Below are positions 21,081 through 31,270 of a stretch of DNA of 64,000 nucleotides, one piece after another. A model generated the notes under the pieces. That model worked only from the letters and a program-made list of their open reading frames with translations, ran no database searches and had not been told where the DNA came from. How positions within the stretch are numbered: the stretch's first letter is position 1; every line of letters begins with the position of its first letter. Made by a program: the position numbers and the translations under genes. Source of the DNA: a virus (lineage: Duplodnaviria; Heunggongvirae; Uroviricota; Caudoviricetes); the IMG/VR virus record IMGVR_UViG_3300029288_000059, positions 32,001 through 96,000 of that record. One strand, given 5' to 3'.

Positions 21081-21143
21081 CTATTTCAACCTTATATGTT
21101 ATGATGGATAACATTGAATGTTTATTAATAATGAGGATGGTTA

Positions 21144-21470
21144 ATGAAAAGAAATTTAGACCCATATATTAAGTATCCAAACTATTATACATTTGATAAA
21201 CCATGTATTCATTATTTATTACAACGTGAAATGATAGAAACAGTAACCAATGTCATTAGTCGTCCTTGTCAAACAATCATACTTGATAGTAATAATCATT
21301 TAAGTAGATTGAAATATGTGAGTTGTGAGTACGTTAGTTTATATGATATGAGATGGTCTTCTCGTTTGAATCAACCATTTATTGGCTACAAGTATTCTCA
21401 TCTTACGGGTGAGTGGGTTGATACTAAGTCATATGGGACAATAATAAAAGGTCATATTATGAATGTATAG
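21144..21470 (+). CDS. LEPY-family protein
   Basis: MKRNLDPY; NVISR; LKYVS; IIKG C-cap. Confidence 0.65.
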   Translation: MKRNLDPYIKYPNYYTFDKPCIHYLLQREMIETVTNVISRPCQTIILDSNNHLSRLKYVSCEYVSLYDMRWSSRLNQPFIGYKYSHLTGEWVDTKSYGTIIKGHIMNV

Positions 21471-21819
21471 AAACTTAGAACCAACAAACAATGAAATACT
21501 AATGGGTTGTATGGCTGGAATATTCCCCAATGATAGAACTACTGATATTAAGTTTCCCACCCCAATCATGCTTGGCTCACCATTAACATCGAATTATAAT
21601 TTTCATTTAATCTGTAATAGTAGATGTAACAATGTTGTTACTAGACATAAATGTATTTTATTAATTAATAATAGTAATATTATGGGTCATGTTTTGAAGT
21701 ATATTAATGGAACATTAACCATTCGCCCAGTAGAACGATGTAAATTTCTAAAAGGTACAAATGGATTTCCAAAATATGTGAGAGAAATAGATTTACGTTT
21801 ACCCTTTTATAATATATGA
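21463..21819 (+). CDS. LEPY-family protein
   Basis: MYRNLEPT; NVVTR; LKYING; FPKYV. Confidence 0.65.
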   Translation: MYRNLEPTNNEILMGCMAGIFPNDRTTDIKFPTPIMLGSPLTSNYNFHLICNSRCNNVVTRHKCILLINNSNIMGHVLKYINGTLTIRPVERCKFLKGTNGFPKYVREIDLRLPFYNI

Positions 21820-21846
21820 TGTTAATTAACATACTGAGTTTAAGAA

Positions 21847-22245
21847 ATGGCTATTAATTCAATACGGTGCTTAGAACCTTATGATATGAGTAAAGCCCAA
21901 AATATAGTAATAGATTGGGATTTATATAGTAGTCGGTATGGTTTTGAGTTGTATTATACCAACATGATAACAAGGGATGATGTTTGTTTAGCAATAATGG
22001 GTATTACGTCATTACCAAAATTTAAGTATTGTGGTGATACTTTTTATGTTCACAATAATAAATTGTCTAGTTTAAAAGGTAGTCCTATTTATGTAGGTGG
22101 CGATTTCCATTGTGAATTGAATAAGTTGACGAGTTGGGAAGATGGACCAATAGTCGTAAATGGGGAAGTTCGTTGTTGTGATAATAAGACAATGATTAAA
22201 TTACCTAAGAATTTATTAGTTAGAGGTAAATTTATAAATGTTTAG
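21847..22245 (+). CDS. LEPY-family protein with LRR-like repeats
   Basis: IRCLEPY; NMITRDDV; LPKFKY; LSSLKGSPIYVGGDFHC; VRGKFIN C-cap. Confidence 0.75.
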   Translation: MAINSIRCLEPYDMSKAQNIVIDWDLYSSRYGFELYYTNMITRDDVCLAIMGITSLPKFKYCGDTFYVHNNKLSSLKGSPIYVGGDFHCELNKLTSWEDGPIVVNGEVRCCDNKTMIKLPKNLLVRGKFINV

Positions 22246-22648
22246 AGAGTTAGAGCCATATAGTGAGAATAGTCTAACAAAACATTACCTTAAGAGGAAT
22301 AATGATTTAGGTTGGTATGATACCGTACCTAACTTAATCGGAAGGGACAATATCTTTATATATAACGGTATATCACATATTGATTGTAGTTTCCTATATC
22401 AATTCGTAGTACCAATATGTGATTTAAAAAATATAATTACTAGACAATCCGTTGGATGTGTTACATTTCAACGTAATAATATTATAATGAAATTCAAGTA
22501 TATGACTAATTCAATTACTTCTAGTGGTGATTGTGGGGCTTGTTGCTGGATACATAGTCATGTATTAACAAACAAGATGAAACAACGTATATTAGATAGT
22601 GGTAATTTTAATAATGGAGTCTATGACGGCACCTTATTTATGGAATGA
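22238..22648 (+). CDS. LEPY-family protein
   Basis: MFRELEPY; NIITR; KFKY. Confidence 0.65.
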   Translation: MFRELEPYSENSLTKHYLKRNNDLGWYDTVPNLIGRDNIFIYNGISHIDCSFLYQFVVPICDLKNIITRQSVGCVTFQRNNIIMKFKYMTNSITSSGDCGACCWIHSHVLTNKMKQRILDSGNFNNGVYDGTLFME

Positions 22649-22664
22649 CAAGAGGAAGAACATA

Positions 22665-23159
22665 ATGTTCAATAATAGAAAGATTCAAGATGATGGTACG
22701 GTAATTCTTAACAACGACGGATTATTGGAATACTTGTATATTGATAGTTCCTTATCCAATGTTTGTTTTGAGGATACGGAAGAAGTCAAACAGTATAATG
22801 AATTAGCTAAAATATATAATTTACCAATTTTGAAAAATATAAATAACAAACAAAATAACGATTGGTTTATGCCAAATAAGTATAAGACGATGGATGTATA
22901 TGATTACTTTCATAGTATGTCGTTAAGTGAAGTACAGTTATTAAGAGTAGATGAAGAACTAATGTTATATGAAAAATATCACTTTATTAATGCTTTAAAG
23001 TTCATAATCTATTTGATTGATTACATGAAAAGTAATAGTATTATTTGGGGAGTAGGCAGAGGTAGTTCTTCTGCATCGTATTTATTGTATTTGGTTGATT
23101 TACATATGGTGGATTCATTAGCTTATAATATACCAATTACAGAATTTTTACATGATTAA
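22665..23159 (+). CDS. Stand-alone DNA polymerase III alpha (DnaE)-like fragment
   Basis: RVDEEL..Y, WGVGRGSSSASYLLYL...VD family-C polymerase motif; GAGG RBS before ATG at 22665. Confidence 0.75.
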   Translation: MFNNRKIQDDGTVILNNDGLLEYLYIDSSLSNVCFEDTEEVKQYNELAKIYNLPILKNINNKQNNDWFMPNKYKTMDVYDYFHSMSLSEVQLLRVDEELMLYEKYHFINALKFIIYLIDYMKSNSIIWGVGRGSSSASYLLYLVDLHMVDSLAYNIPITEFLHD

Positions 23160-23170
23160 GAGGTAGTAGG

Positions 23171-24067
23171 ATGAGTGAACTATATATACAACAAGATAAG
23201 GGTAAAGAATATAACTTATACAACATTAAAGATGAAGTTGTAGGTAGTTATATGTTACATCCTAAATCGGAAAATGTATTGAATGTGACTGTAAAGGGTA
23301 AATTTGTTTTACCTTATAAATTTAAATTGTATATGGATGTGTTAAAACTTAAAAAATTAGGACTTGTGATAGAGAAACAACCTAGTATTACTAAACAAGA
23401 AGAAGATATTTTATCTCAAACGTTAGATACTATGGATGATGATAACCTTGAAACGGTGAGATACATTGATAGTGTCCTACTAGACAGAATCCTGTCTGCG
23501 AAAAATCAAACGGAAGTTGATGTCATTGTGACAGATGTTAATTCTCATAAAGAGGACGAGTCATATAACACATACAGGAACGCCAATCCATCAGAAAAGG
23601 ATGATAATACTTCTATATTTAAGAATTGGTATTTACGTACATTTACCAATACGGATAAACAAATTGAACAATTAATGACGTGCTTAAATAATCGTTTAAT
23701 ACGACATGGTACGCCATTAACAGTTGATGAATTGAATTCATGTATTTTCCATATAACGCTAGAATATCGTAAGAGGTTTAAACCAAACGAAACATTAATA
23801 GAAATATATTCCTATTATGGATATCAACATTTGAAACCGAAGACTCTTGATCAAATATTACTATACCCCCCTCATTACTTTGGCAAGTATGGTAGCGATG
23901 AACATAAGTTATATTTCTTAATGGATAAAGTATCTAATAGAGATATTCCATTATCACTGTATAGATTATGCGACGCGTTTTTCACATCACTATCATTTGG
24001 ACAGTTAAACAGATATAAAGATTCTGTTAAATTAAAAGTATTTGAATCAATAATGAATTATAAGTAG
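23171..24067 (+). CDS. Hypothetical protein (YRTF-motif family)
   Basis: KNWYLRTFTNTDKQIEQLM shared with 24657 and 25709. Confidence 0.6.
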   Translation: MSELYIQQDKGKEYNLYNIKDEVVGSYMLHPKSENVLNVTVKGKFVLPYKFKLYMDVLKLKKLGLVIEKQPSITKQEEDILSQTLDTMDDDNLETVRYIDSVLLDRILSAKNQTEVDVIVTDVNSHKEDESYNTYRNANPSEKDDNTSIFKNWYLRTFTNTDKQIEQLMTCLNNRLIRHGTPLTVDELNSCIFHITLEYRKRFKPNETLIEIYSYYGYQHLKPKTLDQILLYPPHYFGKYGSDEHKLYFLMDKVSNRDIPLSLYRLCDAFFTSLSFGQLNRYKDSVKLKVFESIMNYK

Positions 24068-24078
24068 GAGGAAGAAAT

Positions 24079-24309
24079 ATGGCTAAAAGTTTTAGAGGAC
24101 AACAAGTAGATATGGATAAGTTGGTTTTAACCAACCAACAATCCATTGCTATTGGTAATGCTAATATGAATGCCCGTGGGGATATTATTGGTAAGGGTGG
24201 GAAGATTATTAAGACTCGTGAGGAACAAAATAAGGAATTTCATGAAGCCAATCTATCTAATCCTGAACCGGAAAAAGTTAGTTTGAATGATGTAAAGGTG
24301 GATAAGTAA
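24079..24309 (+). CDS. Conserved small phage protein next to co-chaperonin
   Basis: GQQVDM..L, AIGNANMNARGDIIGKGG; strong AGGAGG RBS. Confidence 0.6.
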   Translation: MAKSFRGQQVDMDKLVLTNQQSIAIGNANMNARGDIIGKGGKIIKTREEQNKEFHEANLSNPEPEKVSLNDVKVDK

Positions 24310-24310
24310 C

Positions 24311-24655
24311 ATGGGGAAGAATCAACTAATTGATGGTAAGTTAATACCTAAACCAAATGAGATTATTGTATCTAATATGGATAGAGGGTTAAAGGTAACA
24401 TTGGCTGGTATTATTGTACCAAACGATGAAATGACTGAACGAGGTATACACCCACGATGGGCTAAAGTTCATCGTGTTGGTTCTAATATCGATTATTTAA
24501 CTGCCGGACAATGGGTTCTTATTGAACATGGGTATTGGTCACATATTGTTGAAATAGTCGAAGATGGGGTTCCGTATGATTTACAAGTAATCATCAAAAA
24601 GAATATGGAACATTTATTAATGGTAAGTGATACTTGCCCAGATGGAGTAAATTAA
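24311..24655 (+). CDS. GroES-like co-chaperonin
   Basis: LIP...IIV, T.AGIIVP mobile loop, V..VG, GQWVL pattern. Confidence 0.7.
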   Translation: MGKNQLIDGKLIPKPNEIIVSNMDRGLKVTLAGIIVPNDEMTERGIHPRWAKVHRVGSNIDYLTAGQWVLIEHGYWSHIVEIVEDGVPYDLQVIIKKNMEHLLMVSDTCPDGVN

Positions 24656-24656
24656 G

Positions 24657-25697
24657 ATGGCTAAGAAAAAAACATTATTGACGGATACACCAGTACCTGT
24701 AATTGATAACAACAAGGTTGATGAAATGGATAAACCTACGGTTGAATCAATCTATCAACCATTAGAAGAATGTTTATCATTTGCATTCAAGCAGCTATTG
24801 GCAAAAGCATTCTATGTATCACCAAAGATTGTTAATTGTATGATTAAATCTATGAATGAAGTATATATTCATAATCCCCTATTATTGAAACAGGAAGTTG
24901 AAGTTTTAACCACCGTATTAGAAGATATATTAAAATCGGAAGATATTTTCTTTGGTTTGTCTAGTATCGTTAGTGATGAATTAATTATTAGATTGCCTAG
25001 TGAATTTAAGAAACAATTATCAACTGTTTATAACAACAGACCATTAATTGTTAAAACAATAACTAATGCATTACAAGTAGTATATGACGACTGTAAATTA
25101 GTAAGTAGTAATGATATTAAACAGTATTCTACCTTACTCACTGGGTTGACTACCGAAAACGTTGAACAACTAGAAGAACAAGTTGATAGTAAGGAAACTA
25201 TTAGTGTTAAAATCCGTGAACGAATTGGACATTCTATATTCGACGATAAAGAATTGTTAAATTATCCATTAACTACATCAAAGGATAATAGTGACAGACC
25301 GATTACGACAATGAATGAAAAGGGTAAGTATAATACTATTAGTATTGATAACGACGTACTGGATGGTATCAAAGATACAATGTCACGTATTAGTAAAGAT
25401 TGTAAGGACGTAAAACCAACAAATTTACTAAAAGTTAAAAATTGGTTATATCGTACTTTTACTCCGATACAAAAACAGGTGAGTGATTTACGTGAAGTGA
25501 TGAGTCATCAGTCAAAAGATTCTGTCTTATCACGAGAACAATATTACAGTACCATCCAATATGGAATTAGAACAAAGTTTAGGCAAGACGCTACATTAAG
25601 AGTATTAAGTGAACGTAATCCTAACTTGCGTTCATTATTGGATTTAATAGGGGATGACCATATTCCATTAAAAGTAAAGAAACGTTGGTTTAAATAA
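24657..25697 (+). CDS. Hypothetical protein (YRTF-motif family)
   Basis: KNWLYRTFTPIQKQVSDL near C-terminus. Confidence 0.6.
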   Translation: MAKKKTLLTDTPVPVIDNNKVDEMDKPTVESIYQPLEECLSFAFKQLLAKAFYVSPKIVNCMIKSMNEVYIHNPLLLKQEVEVLTTVLEDILKSEDIFFGLSSIVSDELIIRLPSEFKKQLSTVYNNRPLIVKTITNALQVVYDDCKLVSSNDIKQYSTLLTGLTTENVEQLEEQVDSKETISVKIRERIGHSIFDDKELLNYPLTTSKDNSDRPITTMNEKGKYNTISIDNDVLDGIKDTMSRISKDCKDVKPTNLLKVKNWLYRTFTPIQKQVSDLREVMSHQSKDSVLSREQYYSTIQYGIRTKFRQDATLRVLSERNPNLRSLLDLIGDDHIPLKVKKRWFK

Positions 25698-25708
25698 GGA
25701 GTTGAGAG

Positions 25709-26029
25709 ATGTATAAATTAATCGCGGATAAATTGTATCGAACCTTTGTACCTACTAATAGACAAATCGAAACATTAATGACAAAAATGGCGGAAGAAGC
25801 GGATGTAATGTGTGGGTATCCAATATGTAATAGTGAAATCGGTGAACAAATCAAAAAAGTACAAACTAGTATATATAACGTGTCAAAAGAGACTGGTAAT
25901 TGGATACCTAATAGACAAACGTTATTGGTGTTGGGGTATAATAGTATGTCTGATAAGGGTATGTTAAATAGGTATGCACTACGAGTGAAGAGACGGGTTA
26001 CATATTATTTAACCCATGAACTTATATAA
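25709..26029 (+). CDS. Hypothetical protein (YRTF-motif family)
   Basis: DKLYRTFVPTNRQIETLM at N-terminus; AGGAG RBS. Confidence 0.6.
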   Translation: MYKLIADKLYRTFVPTNRQIETLMTKMAEEADVMCGYPICNSEIGEQIKKVQTSIYNVSKETGNWIPNRQTLLVLGYNSMSDKGMLNRYALRVKRRVTYYLTHELI

Positions 26030-26056
26030 CCCATTGACTTAGTATCATTCTTACCT

Positions 26057-26096
26057 ATATAATGGCGTTATAATTAATTTTATAACGCCATTATAT
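26057..26096. promoter_or_regulatory. 17-bp perfect inverted repeat overlapping a sigma70-like -10 box
   Basis: ATATAATGGCGTTATAA-TTAATT-TTATAACGCCATTATAT; TTGACT at 26035. Confidence 0.6.
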
Positions 26097-27109
26097 TGAG
26101 TAACATCATGTACCAACTAACCTGTAATGATATCGTATATAACGGTTTAAAACATTTTATTAAATGGAATAATGCTTTAGGTTTAACATTACTCAATAAG
26201 GTTGATTTGGATTTAACAACTTGTGGTATTATGTCCTACAATGAAAAGTATAATTGGATTAAAGTACCATTAATAAGTGATTCGACACAGGTTGGTACGG
26301 TTAAAGTTAAGGAACATACATTCAAATTAAAATACTTTCAACGAGGTGATGTATCAAACTGTTCAATCGAAACTAAACCAACAAATAATGAAAAACTATC
26401 AATCGAAATACATACATTATGGAATCAAATTAATGAAATTATTAATCTATATTCTGACTATAAGAATGATGGATTTAAAGGGCGGGCAGTAACATCATTT
26501 AATACATTAGACGTTATAGCACATACAATCAAAGTTGTCGATATACATAGCTTTGTACCCGCTAGTGATAGGAACAATATACCAACTTATTCACGTGTAT
26601 TGAACTCTTTACTACCATATAATACAGTATCACCATCACCTACTATTGAACAATACGATAGAGCAAAGTTATTAATGGATAAGTTTGGTAATATCTCTAA
26701 TCCTCCACCAACCATCCTAGATAGTTTTAGTGAACAATTAGAACAAAAGATTACAAGATTATGTAAGCATGATGATATCACTTTTAAAGACTTACCAACA
26801 ATAGTATGTATTGTTCAATGGCAACTAGAAGAAGCAACGTTACCTACTAGTATTGGTAAAGTAGGGGATAAAATTAAGATAACCGTTGAAGTGATTACCA
26901 ATCGTGAAGTATTGGGTGTGTTTGGGAAATATAATGAGTTATATATGAGAAGTGATGATGGACAGGAATATGATTGGTACAGTAATAGATACTTTGATGT
27001 CGTTAGAGGTGATAAGTTGGAATTAATGGGCGTTATCGCATCTGTCCAACAGAAGTATGGTAGGATAAGAACACGTATTAATTATGTTAAATTATTGAAT
27101 CGCTTATAA
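26096..27109 (+). CDS. Hypothetical protein with possible C-terminal OB fold
   Basis: IGKVGDKI...V....FG......G....W....G.I......T.INYVK pattern. Confidence 0.5.
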   Translation: MSNIMYQLTCNDIVYNGLKHFIKWNNALGLTLLNKVDLDLTTCGIMSYNEKYNWIKVPLISDSTQVGTVKVKEHTFKLKYFQRGDVSNCSIETKPTNNEKLSIEIHTLWNQINEIINLYSDYKNDGFKGRAVTSFNTLDVIAHTIKVVDIHSFVPASDRNNIPTYSRVLNSLLPYNTVSPSPTIEQYDRAKLLMDKFGNISNPPPTILDSFSEQLEQKITRLCKHDDITFKDLPTIVCIVQWQLEEATLPTSIGKVGDKIKITVEVITNREVLGVFGKYNELYMRSDDGQEYDWYSNRYFDVVRGDKLELMGVIASVQQKYGRIRTRINYVKLLNRL

Positions 27110-27177
27110 ACATTTTGACTTTAAAATTCTATACGATATAATACGTAATAAGTTATTTAAAATTGAGGAGAATATAA

Positions 27178-28098
27178 TTGAAGAAAGAACAGTTTTTATG
27201 GGTTGAAAAGTATCGTCCTAAAACATTAGAAGATTATGTTTTCAAAGATGACAATGTTAAGAAAACAGTTGAACAATGGATTCATTCTAAAGACATTCCT
27301 CATATTTTGTTATATGGGCCACCAGGTACAGGTAAGTCTGCATTAATTAATATATTAAAACAAGATTTGGGTTTAGAAGACATATTAGAAATTAATGCAT
27401 CTAATGAAACCAGTATTGATGTTATACGTACTAAGGTTATGAATTTCATTCAAACAATGAGTTTTCAACCATATAAAGTAGTAATCTTAGAAGAAGCTGA
27501 GATGATTAGTCCAAACGGACAAGCAGCATTAAAACGTCCTATGGAAGAATATGCTTCTAGTGTCCGATTTATATTAACGTCTAATAATGTTAATAGGATT
27601 GACCCTGCTATTCGGTCACGTTTACAAGCGATTCATATTGATAGACAAGACGAGTTATCATTTAAGATTCGTGCTGTTCAAATACTTGCAGAAGAAGGTG
27701 TTAATTTTACAGAAGAAACATTGGATGCATATATGAGGGCATCATATCCCGATATGCGGAAAATGATTAACTCCTTACAATTGAACTGTGTCGATGGTGT
27801 GTTATTATCCTCTACTAGTAGTGATGTAAGTACATCGGATTATCAGTTACAGGCAGTTGAATTATTCAAAGCTAATAAAATACAAGAAGCAAGAAAACTT
27901 ATCTGTGCCAATATCAAACAAGAAGAATATGAAGAATTCTATCGTTTCTTGTATCGTAACTTAGATTTGTTTGCTGCCGATGAAACTAAACAAAACGAGG
28001 CATTAATTATTATCAACCAAGGATTACTTGATAATACAATTACGGCTGACTCCGAGATTAATTTATCCGCTACATTAGTTAAGTTGGGAATGCTTTAA
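27178..28098 (+). CDS. Sliding clamp loader subunit (T4 gp44 / RFC-like)
   Basis: WVEKYRP, GPPGTGKS, INAS, LEEAE, RFILTSN, IRSR, DMRK. Confidence 0.93.
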   Translation: MKKEQFLWVEKYRPKTLEDYVFKDDNVKKTVEQWIHSKDIPHILLYGPPGTGKSALINILKQDLGLEDILEINASNETSIDVIRTKVMNFIQTMSFQPYKVVILEEAEMISPNGQAALKRPMEEYASSVRFILTSNNVNRIDPAIRSRLQAIHIDRQDELSFKIRAVQILAEEGVNFTEETLDAYMRASYPDMRKMINSLQLNCVDGVLLSSTSSDVSTSDYQLQAVELFKANKIQEARKLICANIKQEEYEEFYRFLYRNLDLFAADETKQNEALIIINQGLLDNTITADSEINLSATLVKLGML

Positions 28099-28100
28099 TA

Positions 28101-28535
28101 ATGGATAATTCACAAGAAGAATCAAACGATTCACATTTCACAGTATGTAAATGTTATGTTAGTGCAGTCCAAGAAGCTGAAACTATGCAATTTAAAACTT
28201 GTATAGAACTATTTGGTATGGATATAATAACTCAAACAATGAAAACTAATAACCTATACATACCTAAACTGTTTAGTAATTGGGCTAAGGCAATTCTTTA
28301 TGGACTCGATGTAGTTGAGATGTTACAGTATCCATTAGAATGCATTGTGGAGGGTGATTGTTCAGATTATTTCCAAGTAGTTTATTTCAATCCATCCACC
28401 CAACAAGGTGAACCTATCATTAAGAAAGTATTAAATACAAAGGCAATGAGTTTAGTATCATTAGATGATTTAGCTATTGGATTACCTAATAGTAAAAAAC
28501 ATCTAGTACATCGTTCTAATCAATCAGTAAATTAA
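28101..28535 (+). CDS. Hypothetical protein
   Basis: ORF in operon after clamp loader. Confidence 0.5.
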   Translation: MDNSQEESNDSHFTVCKCYVSAVQEAETMQFKTCIELFGMDIITQTMKTNNLYIPKLFSNWAKAILYGLDVVEMLQYPLECIVEGDCSDYFQVVYFNPSTQQGEPIIKKVLNTKAMSLVSLDDLAIGLPNSKKHLVHRSNQSVN

Positions 28536-28542
28536 GGAGTTA

Positions 28543-28830
28543 ATGTTAATGGAAAATTTAACTAAGTTTGAATTTAAGGCTAAGACGGCGTATTTAATCG
28601 TCACACAACGGATAGTTACACAGAATCGTGTTCCTAGTATAGTGGAAGATGTCAACGCCTGTACGAACATTAAAACACATAATTTACAAGAAGGTTGGGT
28701 CATACTAGACTTGAAACATGGTAAAGTAATTAAAAATCGTATGGCTGATACTAAAGAAAAAGTTTATAATTACTATACTGATAAGTATGTTACTGAGATT
28801 AAACAACTTCAAGCAGAAGTTAATAAGTAA
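28543..28830 (+). CDS. Hypothetical protein
   Basis: AGGAG RBS. Confidence 0.55.
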   Translation: MLMENLTKFEFKAKTAYLIVTQRIVTQNRVPSIVEDVNACTNIKTHNLQEGWVILDLKHGKVIKNRMADTKEKVYNYYTDKYVTEIKQLQAEVNK

Positions 28831-28832
28831 TT

Positions 28833-29075
28833 ATGTATCGAGTATTAGAACCATATACGTTGAGTACTCGTCATACTATTAGTGATGCTATATGGGATGA
28901 GAACGATGATGTATCAATGGAGGAACGATTAATTTCTAAATTGCTTCGTTGTCTTTATCAGCCAATAATACGAAACCCCATCATAAAGAATTCATGTAAC
29001 TTTATGGACAGTCATGGTATCTCAAGGCCTATTAAGTATTATCAGTATTATACGCAATCTTCCAATTTAAATTAG
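28833..29075 (+). CDS. LEPY-family protein
   Basis: MYRVLEPY; IKYY. Confidence 0.6.
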   Translation: MYRVLEPYTLSTRHTISDAIWDENDDVSMEERLISKLLRCLYQPIIRNPIIKNSCNFMDSHGISRPIKYYQYYTQSSNLN

Positions 29076-29409
29076 GGGTAAGTTCCTTAAATAACGTAAT
29101 GAACTTTTCCGGTTCATTTTTGTTAATTTTTAACAAACGAGTTTTTTTAATTACATTACCATCATCGTCCATAAATTTATTCTTCTTTGAATTGTAGATT
29201 GAACATATAGCAGTAGATGCATATATGTAATTGCCTCGTTGTCTTATCATATATATACTATTACGGTCTGATAGAACCATCATCTTTTGACGACCATTCC
29301 TTAACCATAACGATGCATATACATAACTATAATGGCTTGAGTCAAGTATATCTACCCACGTCGGTTGTTCATACATTGTGAATCTTTTAAAACTATTTGC
29401 AGAATACAT
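29032..29409 (-). CDS. Hypothetical protein
   Basis: GGGGA RBS. Confidence 0.5.
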   Translation of the reverse strand: MYSANSFKRFTMYEQPTWVDILDSSHYSYVYASLWLRNGRQKMMVLSDRNSIYMIRQRGNYIYASTAICSIYNSKKNKFMDDDGNVIKKTRLLKINKNEPEKFITLFKELTPNLNWKIAYNTDNT

Positions 29410-29430
29410 CAGTCATCCCCATTATAGTAA

Positions 29431-29832
29431 TCATTTTTGGCACATTATAGCAGTTAATTCCTTCATTATCGATTTTTCATGTTTAGCGAAGTATGCTACT
29501 AATTTTTCTTTTGTATAACAAGGTCTATCTCTATGCCATTTACAACCATCATGAGTTGAATTGTCCGCCTCGAACGATTTAATAGTATCATATGCATTAA
29601 TGGTAATTGATGCTCCCTCATATCTACATCTTAATACTCTTGTATCAATAGTAAAATATATATATGGACCAAAGTCGTATTGTTCAAATTCTTCAATGCT
29701 TTCAAACGAAAGACAATCCTTGTCCGCAATATAACGTCTAAATACTCGTATAAATGTAGGTTTCATATTAGCATTGGTTTCTATAAACCCTGCCATCGCA
29801 TTGTTGTAGTTTTTGATAAATTCTTCACTCAT
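29431..29832 (-). CDS. Hypothetical protein
   Basis: GGGGA RBS; divergent from the phosphoesterase gene. Confidence 0.55.
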   Translation of the reverse strand: MSEEFIKNYNNAMAGFIETNANMKPTFIRVFRRYIADKDCLSFESIEEFEQYDFGPYIYFTIDTRVLRCRYEGASITINAYDTIKSFEADNSTHDGCKWHRDRPCYTKEKLVAYFAKHEKSIMKELTAIMCQK

Positions 29833-29894
29833 ATCATATCCCCAAATTAATTTATAATACTGTTATAACATACTTATTATTAAAATACAAGACA

Positions 29895-29923
29895 TTGACA
29901 AAAATAATTTAAAAGTTTATAAT
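29895..29923 (+). promoter_or_regulatory. Consensus sigma70 early promoter
   Basis: TTGACA-N17-TATAAT exact match. Confidence 0.8.
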
Positions 29924-29947
29924 GAGTTAACATTTAAAGGAGTTATA

Positions 29948-30709
29948 ATGAAAGCATATATTATATCTGATATTCATAGTGAGTTTTGTGAATCCAAAAT
30001 ATCAAAACAAAACAATATATTCAAACATATCATTATTCCTGACGATATAGATTTGGTTATAATTGCTGGTGATATATCAAACAACATAGAAGACCATAAA
30101 CAACTGTTTAAACAAATCAAACAACCAATCGTCTTTGTAGCGGGTAATCATGAATTCTATAAACGGGAATATTATCAACAAATCCAGGAACTGGAATCAC
30201 TTAATAGTGATAATGTACATTTCTTAAACAATAGTACGTTTGAGATGAATGGTACAACGTTTGTTGGTGGGACATTATGGACTGATATGAGACTAACAAA
30301 TTCTCAATCTCTTCATTTACAACTCGGTAAAAAGTATATGAACGATTTTAGAATCATTCGTTATGCACAAGGGACATTGACCCCAGATGATACTTTATTA
30401 TTACATAATACGACGATAGATTGTATTAGACAGACATTGATTAAAAAAGATAATGTTGTAATAGTAACCCATCATGGTATGTGTCCAAGAAGTATTGATA
30501 TTGATTATAAAGGTGATTTTTCTAATGATTACTATGTTAGTGATTATGATTCTTTAATTAGAGAATATAGCCCTAAAGCAGTAATACATGGTCATGTTCA
30601 TACTCCATTTAGATATAATATTGGTTATACGGAATTACTATGTAATCCGATGGGTTATTATGGTGAAAGAAAAGATACAACAGTCGTACCAATGATATTG
30701 GATTTTTAA
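29948..30709 (+). CDS. Calcineurin-like metallophosphoesterase
   Basis: SDIH, AGD, GNHEFY, TLWTD, THH, HGHVH, NPMGY. Confidence 0.9.
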   Translation: MKAYIISDIHSEFCESKISKQNNIFKHIIIPDDIDLVIIAGDISNNIEDHKQLFKQIKQPIVFVAGNHEFYKREYYQQIQELESLNSDNVHFLNNSTFEMNGTTFVGGTLWTDMRLTNSQSLHLQLGKKYMNDFRIIRYAQGTLTPDDTLLLHNTTIDCIRQTLIKKDNVVIVTHHGMCPRSIDIDYKGDFSNDYYVSDYDSLIREYSPKAVIHGHVHTPFRYNIGYTELLCNPMGYYGERKDTTVVPMILDF

Positions 30710-30710
30710 G

Positions 30711-31046
30711 ATGAGAGAATTTATTGTAGATGTTAGCCATGATGACAATGTGAATGTTTGGGTAGCTAAATGTGATGAGATTCCAGCCATAACCGAATCT
30801 ACTACATTAGATGTATTATATGAACAATTCGCCACGATGGCATCAGAAATAGCCGTATTAAATAAATTGGTTGATAAGATAGAAGATGCGGTCTTTAAAT
30901 ACGAAGGATATGTCATAAACGAAAGTGATGTAGAATTGGCTAAATTCAATCGTGAGTTTATATCACAACAAAAGAGTTTAGATGGTGATTTATTAAAAGT
31001 GATGATAGATAACCGTTATGATTTGTATGAACGTGCCGAAGAATGA
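30711..31046 (+). CDS. DUF1902/HicB-like protein
   Basis: V..D....VWVAKCDEIP..TES.TLD.L pattern. Confidence 0.55.
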   Translation: MREFIVDVSHDDNVNVWVAKCDEIPAITESTTLDVLYEQFATMASEIAVLNKLVDKIEDAVFKYEGYVINESDVELAKFNREFISQQKSLDGDLLKVMIDNRYDLYERAEE

Positions 31047-31270
31047 TTAGAGGGCTATCACCATATAAGGAAGAATGTGATGAACTAATTAACTTAGAAG
31101 TTCATAATGATTTTTATCTTCGTGATGTAATATTAGAATATAACGGTAGAAATGTTATTTTGCGGGGTAGTTTGATAATAGTTAGTGCTATAAGACTCGG
31201 ACAGGACCGTAAAAGGTTTAAGTTTTCCAAGTCATGGTTGTATGATTTTAGTATGAGGATGTTCCAATGA
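31043..31270 (+). CDS. LEPY-family protein
   Basis: MIRGLSPY; NVILRG; FKF. Confidence 0.6.
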   Translation: MIRGLSPYKEECDELINLEVHNDFYLRDVILEYNGRNVILRGSLIIVSAIRLGQDRKRFKFSKSWLYDFSMRMFQ

